Source of the DNA: a virus
Taxonomy: Duplodnaviria; Caudoviricetes
DNA: 64,000 bases
Virus record (IMG/VR): IMGVR_UViG_3300010051_000550
Location: 15,667-79,666 of that record
Direction: 5' to 3' (one strand)
This document shows positions 17,829 to 26,137 of the stretch, in pieces. Within the stretch, counting starts at the first letter, position 1. Each line of letters opens with the position of its first letter. The translations under genes and the position numbers were made by a program. Under the pieces are notes generated by a model that was not told the DNA's origin, searched no databases, and saw nothing but the letters and a program-made list of their open reading frames with translations.

Positions 17829-19253
17829 ATGGCAGTTCTGACGAAGACCGGCCTGAGCGCCAATCGAGCTGAGCAAGAACCGGATGTTTCCTACATCACG
17901 CGACGGGCGCGGCTGCGGCCGGCGTCGTTTAGTGAGGTTCGGGAAGCGGGCTTGCTGGACGGGCGGGCGAACGGGGAAGGGGAGCAAGATGACACTCGGT
18001 ACTGGTTCACGGCCGAGATTTCGAGCGAGGCGCTGGATTCGTATTTCACGCACATGTCGAGCGGCACTCTGCGCAACTTCGCGCGGAACGCGGCCGAGGG
18101 TGTGTCGCTGCTGGACAGCCACGACGGTCACAAGCTAGGCGTGGGGTACTCGGCCGGCGGGCGATATGAAGAGGAGAACGGCCAGGGACGCGCGTTGGGC
18201 ATCTTCTACATTGTGCGCGGCATCCGGTTCGGCGGCAAGCATTCTTATGCCAGCACCGACGACCTGATCACCGCCATCGAGAACGGGGTTGTGCGCGACG
18301 TGTCGGTCGGGTTCTACGGCGGCCGGTGGGTTTGCGACTTGTGCCATCAGCCTTATTTCGGCTACGGCTCGGCCTGCAATCACTGGGCGGGGATCGAGTA
18401 TGAGATTGAGCGCGACGGCAAGATGGTGCGCGAGGTGTGCACGGTCCAGATCGACGATGCGCACCTGTCGGAGGTGTCGCTGGTGTTCGATGGGGCGACG
18501 CCGGGGGCGATGATTCTGAAGGCGGAGCAGGCGGCGGAAGACGGCCGTCTGACGCCGGACATGACACGCCAACTGGAGATGCAGTACCGGATCAAGTTGC
18601 CGGGACCGGTTGCCGATGGCCGGACATTGAACGTTCGGGGCGGCTTTGTGAGCACCACCGGCAACGCGGCCGACATCAGGATCGTCGCAGGCGCGGCGGT
18701 CAATGGAGCGAGAGTGATGGAAGAGGAAGAAGTTATCGAGACTGTGGAAGAGGTAGTTGAAGAGCCGGCCGCCGACGCGGCCGTCGACCAGGCAGGGGCG
18801 GATGAGGCTCGCGCGGAACTGGACGCGGCCCGCCAGGCGCTGACCGAGATTCGGGATGTGGTGGTCGACTCCGGCGCGCCGGAGGGCACCACGCTGGCCG
18901 TGTCGGTGCGCTGGCTGAATGAGCAGCTGGCGAAGGTCACTGAGGAGCGCGACCGTGCGCTGGGGCAGGTGGCCGAGTTGCAGCCGCTGGCCGACCAGGG
19001 GCGTGAGTATCGCTCGCGCCTGGTGGAGGAGGCGGTAGCTGAGGGCGTGCGCGCCATGAGCGCGTCGTTCCCGGAGGAGACGTATCGGGCGATGCTGGAA
19101 AACGCGCCGCTGGAGCACATTCGCAAGGTGAAGGAGACGTTCGCGGCGCAGGCGGCCGAACGGTTCCCAGGCGGGCGGCAGACGCGCGATGAAACGAGTA
19201 ACGGCAAGAAGCCGAAGCCGGAAGTGCCGGCGGCGGCCTACGGGGTGAAGTAA
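17829..19253 (+). CDS. Prohead protease fused to a scaffold
   Basis: LLDSHD...VRDVSVGF...LSEVSLVFDGA protease-like motifs; acidic coiled-coil C-terminus. Confidence 0.8.
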   Translation: MAVLTKTGLSANRAEQEPDVSYITRRARLRPASFSEVREAGLLDGRANGEGEQDDTRYWFTAEISSEALDSYFTHMSSGTLRNFARNAAEGVSLLDSHDGHKLGVGYSAGGRYEEENGQGRALGIFYIVRGIRFGGKHSYASTDDLITAIENGVVRDVSVGFYGGRWVCDLCHQPYFGYGSACNHWAGIEYEIERDGKMVREVCTVQIDDAHLSEVSLVFDGATPGAMILKAEQAAEDGRLTPDMTRQLEMQYRIKLPGPVADGRTLNVRGGFVSTTGNAADIRIVAGAAVNGARVMEEEEVIETVEEVVEEPAADAAVDQAGADEARAELDAARQALTEIRDVVVDSGAPEGTTLAVSVRWLNEQLAKVTEERDRALGQVAELQPLADQGREYRSRLVEEAVAEGVRAMSASFPEETYRAMLENAPLEHIRKVKETFAAQAAERFPGGRQTRDETSNGKKPKPEVPAAAYGVK

Positions 19254-19297
19254 CCCTGAATTCTCAGTAGATGAACAGCAGGACGGAGGACTAGGAC

Positions 19298-19723
19298 ATG
19301 AGCGAGCGGACGAATGTCAGCAACATCGGCGTGGGCGGGGTCTATCGCACGTACAAGATCGACGACTCGACGATCACTTACGATGCGACGAAGCCCGGCG
19401 GCTCGGAGCAGGTGGGGCTGGCGGTAACTTTATCGGCAGCGGATACGGTGGCGCTGACGGCCGACGCGGACGAGGTGATCGGGAAGCTGATCCTCGTCGA
19501 GTCGGACGACAAGTGCACGGTGATGACCGACGGCACGATGGCGCTGCCGGGCGGAGATGGGGCGGCCTTGACGCTGGGCACGAAGATCGTGGGCGACCTG
19601 GGGGCGGGCAACGCCAAGGGGTACATCCGGTCGGCGGCTTCGGGGCAGGCGGCCGAGTTGCTGGTGGCGCGCGGGCGAATTGAGAATGCCGGCACGGCTT
19701 CGGCCGTGGTGGTGACGCTGTAG
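19298..19723 (+). CDS. Head decoration/cement protein
   Basis: Small beta-rich protein between scaffold and major capsid. Confidence 0.65.
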   Translation: MSERTNVSNIGVGGVYRTYKIDDSTITYDATKPGGSEQVGLAVTLSAADTVALTADADEVIGKLILVESDDKCTVMTDGTMALPGGDGAALTLGTKIVGDLGAGNAKGYIRSAASGQAAELLVARGRIENAGTASAVVVTL

Positions 19724-19749
19724 GGCAAGAAGGGAGGAGAGAGAAGACG

Positions 19750-20961
19750 ATGAGCACGATTGAGACGAAAGCACGCGCCGGCGATCTGCTGGGGCAGATG
19801 GGCCTGAGCATGTACCGGCGCGCCTACGATCAGGGCATGTCCCTGTCGGCGCTGCTGGAGAAGGAAGACCCGTCGGGTGATTACCGCGACGGGACCGACG
19901 CCTTCCAGCGCATTTTGATGGCGGCCGATCTTCGCACGGAGACGCTGCCGCACTACGGGGTGCAGGCGAGCACCTTCGGCGAGTTCCTGAGCGACGAGCG
20001 GACGCGGGCCTTGATTCCCGAATGGCTGCTGCGCGAGTGGCGCAGTGTGCAGACGGGGCGGCCGTTTTCGACCCGCGCCATGTACACCAGCGCCGATGCC
20101 GCCGCCGGATCGTGGGAGCGGCCGTATGCCGAGGCGAACACGCCGCGCGTGGATCAGCAGATCGCGCCGGCCATTCCGTTGAGCCAGCTGGTCGCCATTA
20201 CGACCCCGATCAACTCGGCCGAGTATCGCTCCTACTATCTGGAGAACGACGAGAGCCAGACCAGCATGGTGCGCGTGGCTGAGGGTGCCGAGGTTCCGCG
20301 CGTGAAGCTGACCGGCAGCCAGCACGTGATCAACCTGCTGAAGTACGGCCGCGCGCTCGAGGCCTCCTACGAGGTGTTGAAGCGCCAGCGTGTGGATCGC
20401 CTGGCGCTGACGGTGCGCATGATGGCGGCTCAGGCTGAGGCGGACAAGGTTGGGGCGATCATCGACGTGATGGTCAACGGCGACGGCAACAACAACGCGC
20501 CGACGACTCACGCGCTGACCACTCTGGACTCGACCGCGACGCCCGGCACGCTGTCCCTGAAGGCCTGGCTGGCTTTCAAGATTAAGTTCGGCAATCCGTA
20601 TGCCATCACCGGCGCGCTGGCGCAGGAGGCTGTGGCGCTGCAGATGCTTCTGTTGAACACCGGCTCGGCCAACACGCCGCTGGTGGCTGTGCAGCAGCCG
20701 AGCGGCTTCGGCGCGTTCACGCAGATCAATCCGGGCTTGCGCGACAGCGTGGCGCTGGGCTGGACGGCCGATGCGCCGTCGCTGAAGATCGTCGGTTTCG
20801 ACCGCCGCTTCGCCATCGAGCGCGTGGTGGACGTGGGCATGACCATCACCGAGATCGAGCGGTTCATCACTCGTCAGGTGGAAGTGCTGGTTGTGACCGA
20901 AGCCGAAGGGTACGCCATCATCGACAAGAACGCGATCAACGTTCTGAATGTGAACGCCTAG
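19750..20961 (+). CDS. Major capsid protein (HK97 fold)
   Basis: 403 aa; VAEGAEVP...KYGRALEASYE...DRL pattern; position in the head module. Confidence 0.85.
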   Translation: MSTIETKARAGDLLGQMGLSMYRRAYDQGMSLSALLEKEDPSGDYRDGTDAFQRILMAADLRTETLPHYGVQASTFGEFLSDERTRALIPEWLLREWRSVQTGRPFSTRAMYTSADAAAGSWERPYAEANTPRVDQQIAPAIPLSQLVAITTPINSAEYRSYYLENDESQTSMVRVAEGAEVPRVKLTGSQHVINLLKYGRALEASYEVLKRQRVDRLALTVRMMAAQAEADKVGAIIDVMVNGDGNNNAPTTHALTTLDSTATPGTLSLKAWLAFKIKFGNPYAITGALAQEAVALQMLLLNTGSANTPLVAVQQPSGFGAFTQINPGLRDSVALGWTADAPSLKIVGFDRRFAIERVVDVGMTITEIERFITRQVEVLVVTEAEGYAIIDKNAINVLNVNA

Positions 20962-20977
20962 CGTTGAGGAGGCGGAT

Positions 20978-21385
20978 GTGGGCACGACTAATTTCGATGC
21001 GGTAGTGGCGGCGAGTGTGGCGGCGGCTATCGGCTTTCCGACGGCGGCGCGGACGGCGACGGCCGCGCCCGGCGGGACGACCGGTGTGATCGCCGACGCC
21101 GGCATGCTGCAGTTTGTGACGGTGGCCAGCGACAACGCGGCCAAGGTTATCACGCTACCGACGCCGACGCCGGGCACAATCGTCATCTTGCGCAATGGCG
21201 CTACAGGTTACGAATTGCGCTCCAGCGACCCGGCGACAGTGGCCATCAATGGCGGAGCCGGCGCGGACGCGGAGTCGGCTATCGCCGCCAATGCGATGGT
21301 GATCGCCGTCTGTACGTCGGCCACGACCTGGCAGGCTATCAGTCTGGCCGGGACGACGCTGGCGGCGGTGGAGGCTGCGGCGTAA
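20978..21385 (+). CDS. Head-associated structural protein
   Basis: GGAGG RBS; beta-rich; follows the capsid gene. Confidence 0.55.
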   Translation: MGTTNFDAVVAASVAAAIGFPTAARTATAAPGGTTGVIADAGMLQFVTVASDNAAKVITLPTPTPGTIVILRNGATGYELRSSDPATVAINGGAGADAESAIAANAMVIAVCTSATTWQAISLAGTTLAAVEAAA

Positions 21386-21786
21386 TGGATATCATCCGCG
21401 TGCGGGTGGCCGAGCCGGAGAGCAATCGGGTGGCGTTGTGGGAGCGCCACCCGGCCCATCCACACGGCGAGGTGTGGCTGGCCGGCGCTGGGGAGTACGA
21501 CGTTGCGGCTACTCCGGCGGTGATGTCGCGGCTACGGAACGGCACCCTTGTAAAGGTGGACACCGTAGCCGCGCCCGCGCCGGAGCCGGTGTCGACCGGC
21601 GAGCGGCCGAATCCGGAGGATGACCCGCAGGTCGAGAGGAGCGTGCCGGGCAAACAAAAGGCGCGCGGCCGGAAGAGCGGCGTGCATCCCGACGAGGAGC
21701 CGAGCGAGGAGGCGTCAGTCATCACTACTGTTGCAGGTGACGGCGCGCCGTCGAGCCGGCCGCAGCGCAAGGCGCGAGGGAGTTAG
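21385..21786 (+). CDS. Hypothetical head-tail region protein
   Basis: TAATG coupling. Confidence 0.6.
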   Translation: MDIIRVRVAEPESNRVALWERHPAHPHGEVWLAGAGEYDVAATPAVMSRLRNGTLVKVDTVAAPAPEPVSTGERPNPEDDPQVERSVPGKQKARGRKSGVHPDEEPSEEASVITTVAGDGAPSSRPQRKARGS

Positions 21787-22212
21787 ATGGCGATCCTGAC
21801 CTCGGCGGATTACCCGGCGATTCGGGCGGCTTTGGACGTTGGTCTCTCGGATGGGCAGCTGTCGGACGCGACGATTGGGCAGGACATCTTCGTCGGCGCG
21901 GCCGAGGCGGAACTGCTGCGGCGGGTCCCGGACGCGGCCAGTATGGTCGGCGAGGACCTGAAGCGGGTGAAGCGGGCGCTGGTGTGGTTGACGGCAGCCC
22001 TGCTGGCGCACTCGGTGGTGCGGATTACCAGTTTGAGCGTTCAGACGCGGGATCTGTCGTACAGCCGGCAGACGTTCGACCCGGACGAGAAGGCGGCCGA
22101 GTTGCGCGCGCGGGCGGAGACGGAGATCGCGGCGTTGGTCGCGTCGGAAACGACGGAGGCGACGATGCCGACGATGTTCACGCTGGCGGGCAGCGGCTGG
22201 AGCCGGAGGTGA
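21787..22212 (+). CDS. Head-tail adaptor
   Basis: Size, helical pattern and position. Confidence 0.6.
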   Translation: MAILTSADYPAIRAALDVGLSDGQLSDATIGQDIFVGAAEAELLRRVPDAASMVGEDLKRVKRALVWLTAALLAHSVVRITSLSVQTRDLSYSRQTFDPDEKAAELRARAETEIAALVASETTEATMPTMFTLAGSGWSRR

Positions 22213-22219
22213 GTGGGGC

Positions 22220-22609
22220 GTGATCAGCATCGAGATTTCATCTCTGGATGATGTGGCCGCCGCGCTGGCGCAGCTCGAGGATTTGCCGGCGTATCTGAAC
22301 ACGCCGTTCGTGGAGTGGGGCGAGGCCACGCTAATGAACAATCTGTGGGGCATGAAGAACTATGCCCCACCCCCGCCGAACTCGACGTATCAGCGCACGG
22401 GCCAGCTGGGTACGGACTGGGATGTTCACGGGATCGCCGATAGCCAGGTTTTGTTTGTGAACTGGCACGAGGCGGCCGAGTTGGTGGTGGGCGAGAATCA
22501 GGCCTGGATGCATGAGGGGCGTTGGTGGAAGGCCATCGACCGGATTGAGGAGCAGGCTGAGAAGGCGATTTCGATGCTGATTGAGCGCCTTAACAAGTGG
22601 CCGAACTAG
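22220..22609 (+). CDS. Neck protein (HK97 gp10-like)
   Basis: Y.RTGQL..W motif; position. Confidence 0.55.
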   Translation: MISIEISSLDDVAAALAQLEDLPAYLNTPFVEWGEATLMNNLWGMKNYAPPPPNSTYQRTGQLGTDWDVHGIADSQVLFVNWHEAAELVVGENQAWMHEGRWWKAIDRIEEQAEKAISMLIERLNKWPN

Positions 22610-22612
22610 GCT

Positions 22613-23131
22613 ATGGCAGACTACACCGTTTCGGACGCGCTGGTGGCGTTGAAAGAGATTCTGATGACGGCTTCGGCCGTTGGGCAGTCGCCTCTGGCCG
22701 GGGGGTATGTGCTGCCGGATGACGCGGCGACCGGCGTTTTGCCGCAAGTGCTGCCGCTGCCGTGCATCACGGTCAGCGAGGTTTACAACACGCCCAATGA
22801 CTGGACTCGGAAGGCCGAGGGCACCGGACTGAATACGTGGAAGGCGGAGGTGCTGCTGTTCGTCGCTCCGGGGCCGCTGACGGTGTTGAACGCGGCGACG
22901 GCGGCGGCGATGCTGAAGACGCGGAACTGGGCCAAGGCGTTCGCGGATCGGCTGAATGCGAACCAGTCGCTGAATGGGAAGGCGCTGGTCATTGGCGAGC
23001 ACACGGGCGGCAACCGGAGGCTCTTTCGCTACGGGATCGGCCACGTCTTTCTGGATGCGACGAAGGAGTATTGGGGGATGCGGCTGGAGTTGGCGATTCA
23101 GCAGCGGCATACGCAGCAGATGAGCGCATAG
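22613..23131 (+). CDS. Tail terminator-like protein
   Basis: Position before the tail tube gene. Confidence 0.55.
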   Translation: MADYTVSDALVALKEILMTASAVGQSPLAGGYVLPDDAATGVLPQVLPLPCITVSEVYNTPNDWTRKAEGTGLNTWKAEVLLFVAPGPLTVLNAATAAAMLKTRNWAKAFADRLNANQSLNGKALVIGEHTGGNRRLFRYGIGHVFLDATKEYWGMRLELAIQQRHTQQMSA

Positions 23132-23142
23132 GAGAGAAGGAA

Positions 23143-23400
23143 ATGGAAGGGAAGGATTTGTGGATTTACATCGGCAAGGGGGCCTTCATTGACGGCATTC
23201 CGGCCCGGAATCTCACTCAGCATGATTGGGACAGGCTGAACGAGGATGAGCGGTCGGCCGTGGAGAACCAGGGGTTGTATCGACGGGCGGCGCGGCCGAA
23301 GGTCGAGGAAGTGAAGCAGCCGGAGAAGCAGCCGGAGAAAGAGGCGGGTAAGAACGCGGCCGCAGAGCGTGCCGTCGAGGTCAAGGGGAAAAAGGAGTAG
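23143..23400 (+). CDS. Small phage protein
   Basis: YIGKGAFIDGIPARNLT..W motif; RBS. Confidence 0.65.
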   Translation: MEGKDLWIYIGKGAFIDGIPARNLTQHDWDRLNEDERSAVENQGLYRRAARPKVEEVKQPEKQPEKEAGKNAAAERAVEVKGKKE

Positions 23401-23406
23401 TGAGAG

Positions 23407-24624
23407 ATGGCCGAGATTCCATTTGAGGCATTGTTATTGGGACTGGAGAGCACGTCGGGAACCGGAGTCGCGCCGACGCATTATGCCAGTATGGTCGGCT
23501 CGTTGAAGCCGGTGAAGGAGCGGTACCGGCCGGACGAGGCCAGGGGCACGCTGGTTGAGGCGTATCGCTCGAAGGTAGCTCGTGAGTGGAGCGAGTGGTC
23601 GGGCGAGGGGCCGCTGGATGTGTACCTGCTGCCGGTTCTGCTGAATATGTGCGTGACCGGCAACATGACGAGCCAGCCGACGACGCCCGGCGGCGCGACG
23701 AACGCGCGGCTGTGGACGTTCAAGCCGACGATCAACGCCAATGACCTGAAGACGGCGACGATCTTCTGGGGCGACCGGAACGTGCAGATGTTCCGTGGCC
23801 GCTTCGGAACGCTGGACGAGCTGACGATTACGGCCGATGCCTCGGGCACGGATGGCTCGAAGATGTCGGCCAGCGGCCGGACGCAGATTCAGGATTACGA
23901 AGAGTACGACGTCTCAGCGATCTCGAAGGACAACCCGGCCGAGGTGACCATCGGCACGCACTCGCTTCTGGCGGGCGATAAGGTGCGAATCGTCGGCGGT
24001 GAGATGGTGGAGCTGCACGATCTGGTGTTCACTGTGGCGAACCCGACGGGCACGACCGTTGAACTGGCGGGGATCGATTCGACCGGATATACGACCTACG
24101 TGGGGGGCGGCACGCTGGAGAAGGTGGCGCCGGCGTTCCCGTCCATCCTGACCGCGCCGCTGATCTCGGGGCCGGGGATGCAGATGTGGCTGGATACGTC
24201 CTCGGCGATTGGGTCGACGGAGATTTCGGGCCGGCTGATTTCGGCCGAGCACGTGATTCCGGTCAACTACGGGTACAAGCACCTCGCCGTCGGCCCGGCC
24301 GGCGCGAAGACGTACTCGCGGGTCGGCCGCAACAAGCGCTCGATCACGACTCGCGTGACGCTGGAACTGTTCGACATGGATCAGTATAAGTTGTTCCAGA
24401 ACGAGACAAACACCAAGCTGCGAATCCGGCACAACGGAGACTTGATCGAGGCCGGCTTCTACCACTACGTGGAAGTGGACACCTACGGGCCGTTGAACTT
24501 CACGGATTGGGGCGAGTTGGAAGGGACGAACCGGACGCTGACGCTGGAAATACAGAGCCAATATGACGCGACGCTGGGGGCGGACTTCAGCGTGAAGGTG
24601 CAGAACGACCGGGCGACGCTTTAG
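23407..24624 (+). CDS. Major tail tube protein with an inserted E1-FCCH-like beta domain
   Basis: Position; internal segment AISKDNPAEVT..HSLLAGDKVRI..EMVELHD..FTV...ELAGIDSTGY..Y.GGG. Confidence 0.8.
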   Translation: MAEIPFEALLLGLESTSGTGVAPTHYASMVGSLKPVKERYRPDEARGTLVEAYRSKVAREWSEWSGEGPLDVYLLPVLLNMCVTGNMTSQPTTPGGATNARLWTFKPTINANDLKTATIFWGDRNVQMFRGRFGTLDELTITADASGTDGSKMSASGRTQIQDYEEYDVSAISKDNPAEVTIGTHSLLAGDKVRIVGGEMVELHDLVFTVANPTGTTVELAGIDSTGYTTYVGGGTLEKVAPAFPSILTAPLISGPGMQMWLDTSSAIGSTEISGRLISAEHVIPVNYGYKHLAVGPAGAKTYSRVGRNKRSITTRVTLELFDMDQYKLFQNETNTKLRIRHNGDLIEAGFYHYVEVDTYGPLNFTDWGELEGTNRTLTLEIQSQYDATLGADFSVKVQNDRATL

Positions 24625-24648
24625 TACGATTGCAATACATTCCGTGAG

Positions 24649-24687
24649 GGAAGAGTATGGAAAGGCCTCGAATTCGAGGCCTTTTTG
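24649..24687. terminator. GGAAGAGTATGGAAA plus palindromic terminator, copy 1
   Basis: AAAGGCCTCGAATTCGAGGCCTTT; related copy at 25956-25996. Confidence 0.85.
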
Positions 24688-24760
24688 TTGAGATTGTACG
24701 ATGATCAGAATGTCGATGAGCATCATTGATTAAGTTCTGGATGGACTATATCAATTATAA

Positions 24761-25189
24761 TTGACAGATCGAGTTCAAATGATCTATTATCCGGTTCCCT
24801 CAATCGAAATGAGCGCCCGGCAACATCGAGGGCGGGTGTCGAAAGTGCTAACTGGGCAAACAACCAATATGAGCGAAGAAAACAATGCCATCGAATTTAA
24901 TATAGTCTGGGAATCGGATAGACACCTCCAGACGATCTATGCCAATCACTTCTATATCACTCACGCTGGAGACGAGTTCTATTTGATGTTTGGCGAGCTA
25001 CCGTCTCCAAATATTGCGAATATGGCCCCGGACAAAATAAGAGACTATCTTGGCGACAGTCTTGAGATCAGGCCCTTGGTACGGCTGGCTATCGCGCCTC
25101 AAACGATGCTCAGGATAGCCGAGGCCATACAAACGAATGTGTCCAATTACATCGGGAAAAATATCGGTGGTAAGGACGATGAAGAATGA
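24761..25189 (+). CDS. DUF3467-like protein (probable start ATG ~24869)
   Basis: IYANHFYITHAGDEFYLMFG...VRLAIAPQTM..IAEAI..NV..Y. Confidence 0.65.
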   Translation: MTDRVQMIYYPVPSIEMSARQHRGRVSKVLTGQTTNMSEENNAIEFNIVWESDRHLQTIYANHFYITHAGDEFYLMFGELPSPNIANMAPDKIRDYLGDSLEIRPLVRLAIAPQTMLRIAEAIQTNVSNYIGKNIGGKDDEE

Positions 25190-25635
25190 GCACCCTAACT
25201 CTAAGAGTTGATCCATTTTCCGGAACCGGCCTAAATAGAGGACATCAGAAGATCGGCGATCTGCCAGCAATCTATCGCCGCAAGACAAATACAACGGCCC
25301 GCCCTAAGGTTACTCTGAGCGATGAGTCCAACTCGTCAACCGATACCGATTCAGGGGTCACATATCTTGTAGGACAAGGCGGGATCGACGGTGAATGGAA
25401 GCTCTTACAACCTCTCTCCATCGTCATAGAAATTGACGAGGACGGCGATTACATTGTGTCCGACAAAGTGTTCTCTAGATACGGTGTAGGTGCAACTGTG
25501 CTGGAGGCATTTAAGGACTTCATATCCGATCTAACCACGTACTACACGATTGTTGCTGAGTCCGCGGCGCACAATCCGGCCGCGGCAGCGTTGTTAGAGG
25601 AGATTCAACAGTACCTTCAACGAGCAGATGGCTAA
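25186..25635 (+). CDS. HicB-like antitoxin
   Basis: SIVIEIDEDGDYIVSD...YGVGATVLEAFKDF..L..YY, a partial RNase H fold pattern. Confidence 0.7.
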   Translation: MSTLTLRVDPFSGTGLNRGHQKIGDLPAIYRRKTNTTARPKVTLSDESNSSTDTDSGVTYLVGQGGIDGEWKLLQPLSIVIEIDEDGDYIVSDKVFSRYGVGATVLEAFKDFISDLTTYYTIVAESAAHNPAAAALLEEIQQYLQRADG

Positions 25636-25646
25636 ATACGTCTCAA

Positions 25647-25943
25647 ATGTTTACATCGAAACAGATTTTACGCACTTTGCGCACCAAGTTTAAATTTACC
25701 GACGTTAAAGGAAAGTATGCAGATATATACGTTACGCTTGAACTCCCTGGAGTTCGGCCAGTTGTAACAAAGGTTTCACATCCTAAGTCCCAAAGAAAAA
25801 CTGTCGGGAAACCCCTTGAGAACCTGATGGCAAAGCAGTTGCGCGTTGAGACACAGTACTTCCGTAACATGATCGGATGCACGCGCAGTCAGGAAGAGTA
25901 TTATGAGCGACTCAGGTCAGAGCAGTTCCCGCCTGTCGAGTAG
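25647..25943 (+). CDS. HicA-like toxin
   Basis: Basic 98-aa protein; TKVSH...LENLMAKQL.V....F..MIGC..S.EEYY pattern. Confidence 0.62.
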   Translation: MFTSKQILRTLRTKFKFTDVKGKYADIYVTLELPGVRPVVTKVSHPKSQRKTVGKPLENLMAKQLRVETQYFRNMIGCTRSQEEYYERLRSEQFPPVE

Positions 25944-25955
25944 GTTCCCTGCGAA

Positions 25956-25996
25956 GGAAGAGTATGGAAAAGCCCCTCGAAATCGAGGGGCTTCTT
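25956..25996. terminator. GGAAGAGTATGGAAA plus terminator, copy 2
   Basis: AAGCCCCTCGAAATCGAGGGGCTT. Confidence 0.85.
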
Positions 25997-26137
25997 GTTT
26001 ATTGGGGGCTAACCCACACCCCTCACGCCCGTGAGAGCAACCCATCGGCCGCAGGTTTCCGGTTCATCTGACGGTGTCTACCGTACCTGGGCGTTTAACG
26101 ACTCGATCTATGTAGTATCGCTTTGACGAGTTATTAA

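Noticed and set aside
26000-26135. Possible ncRNA or integron attC site after the HicA-like gene
   Set aside because: There is no matching RYYYAAC/GTTRRRY pair with the right geometry and no convincing conserved structure by eye
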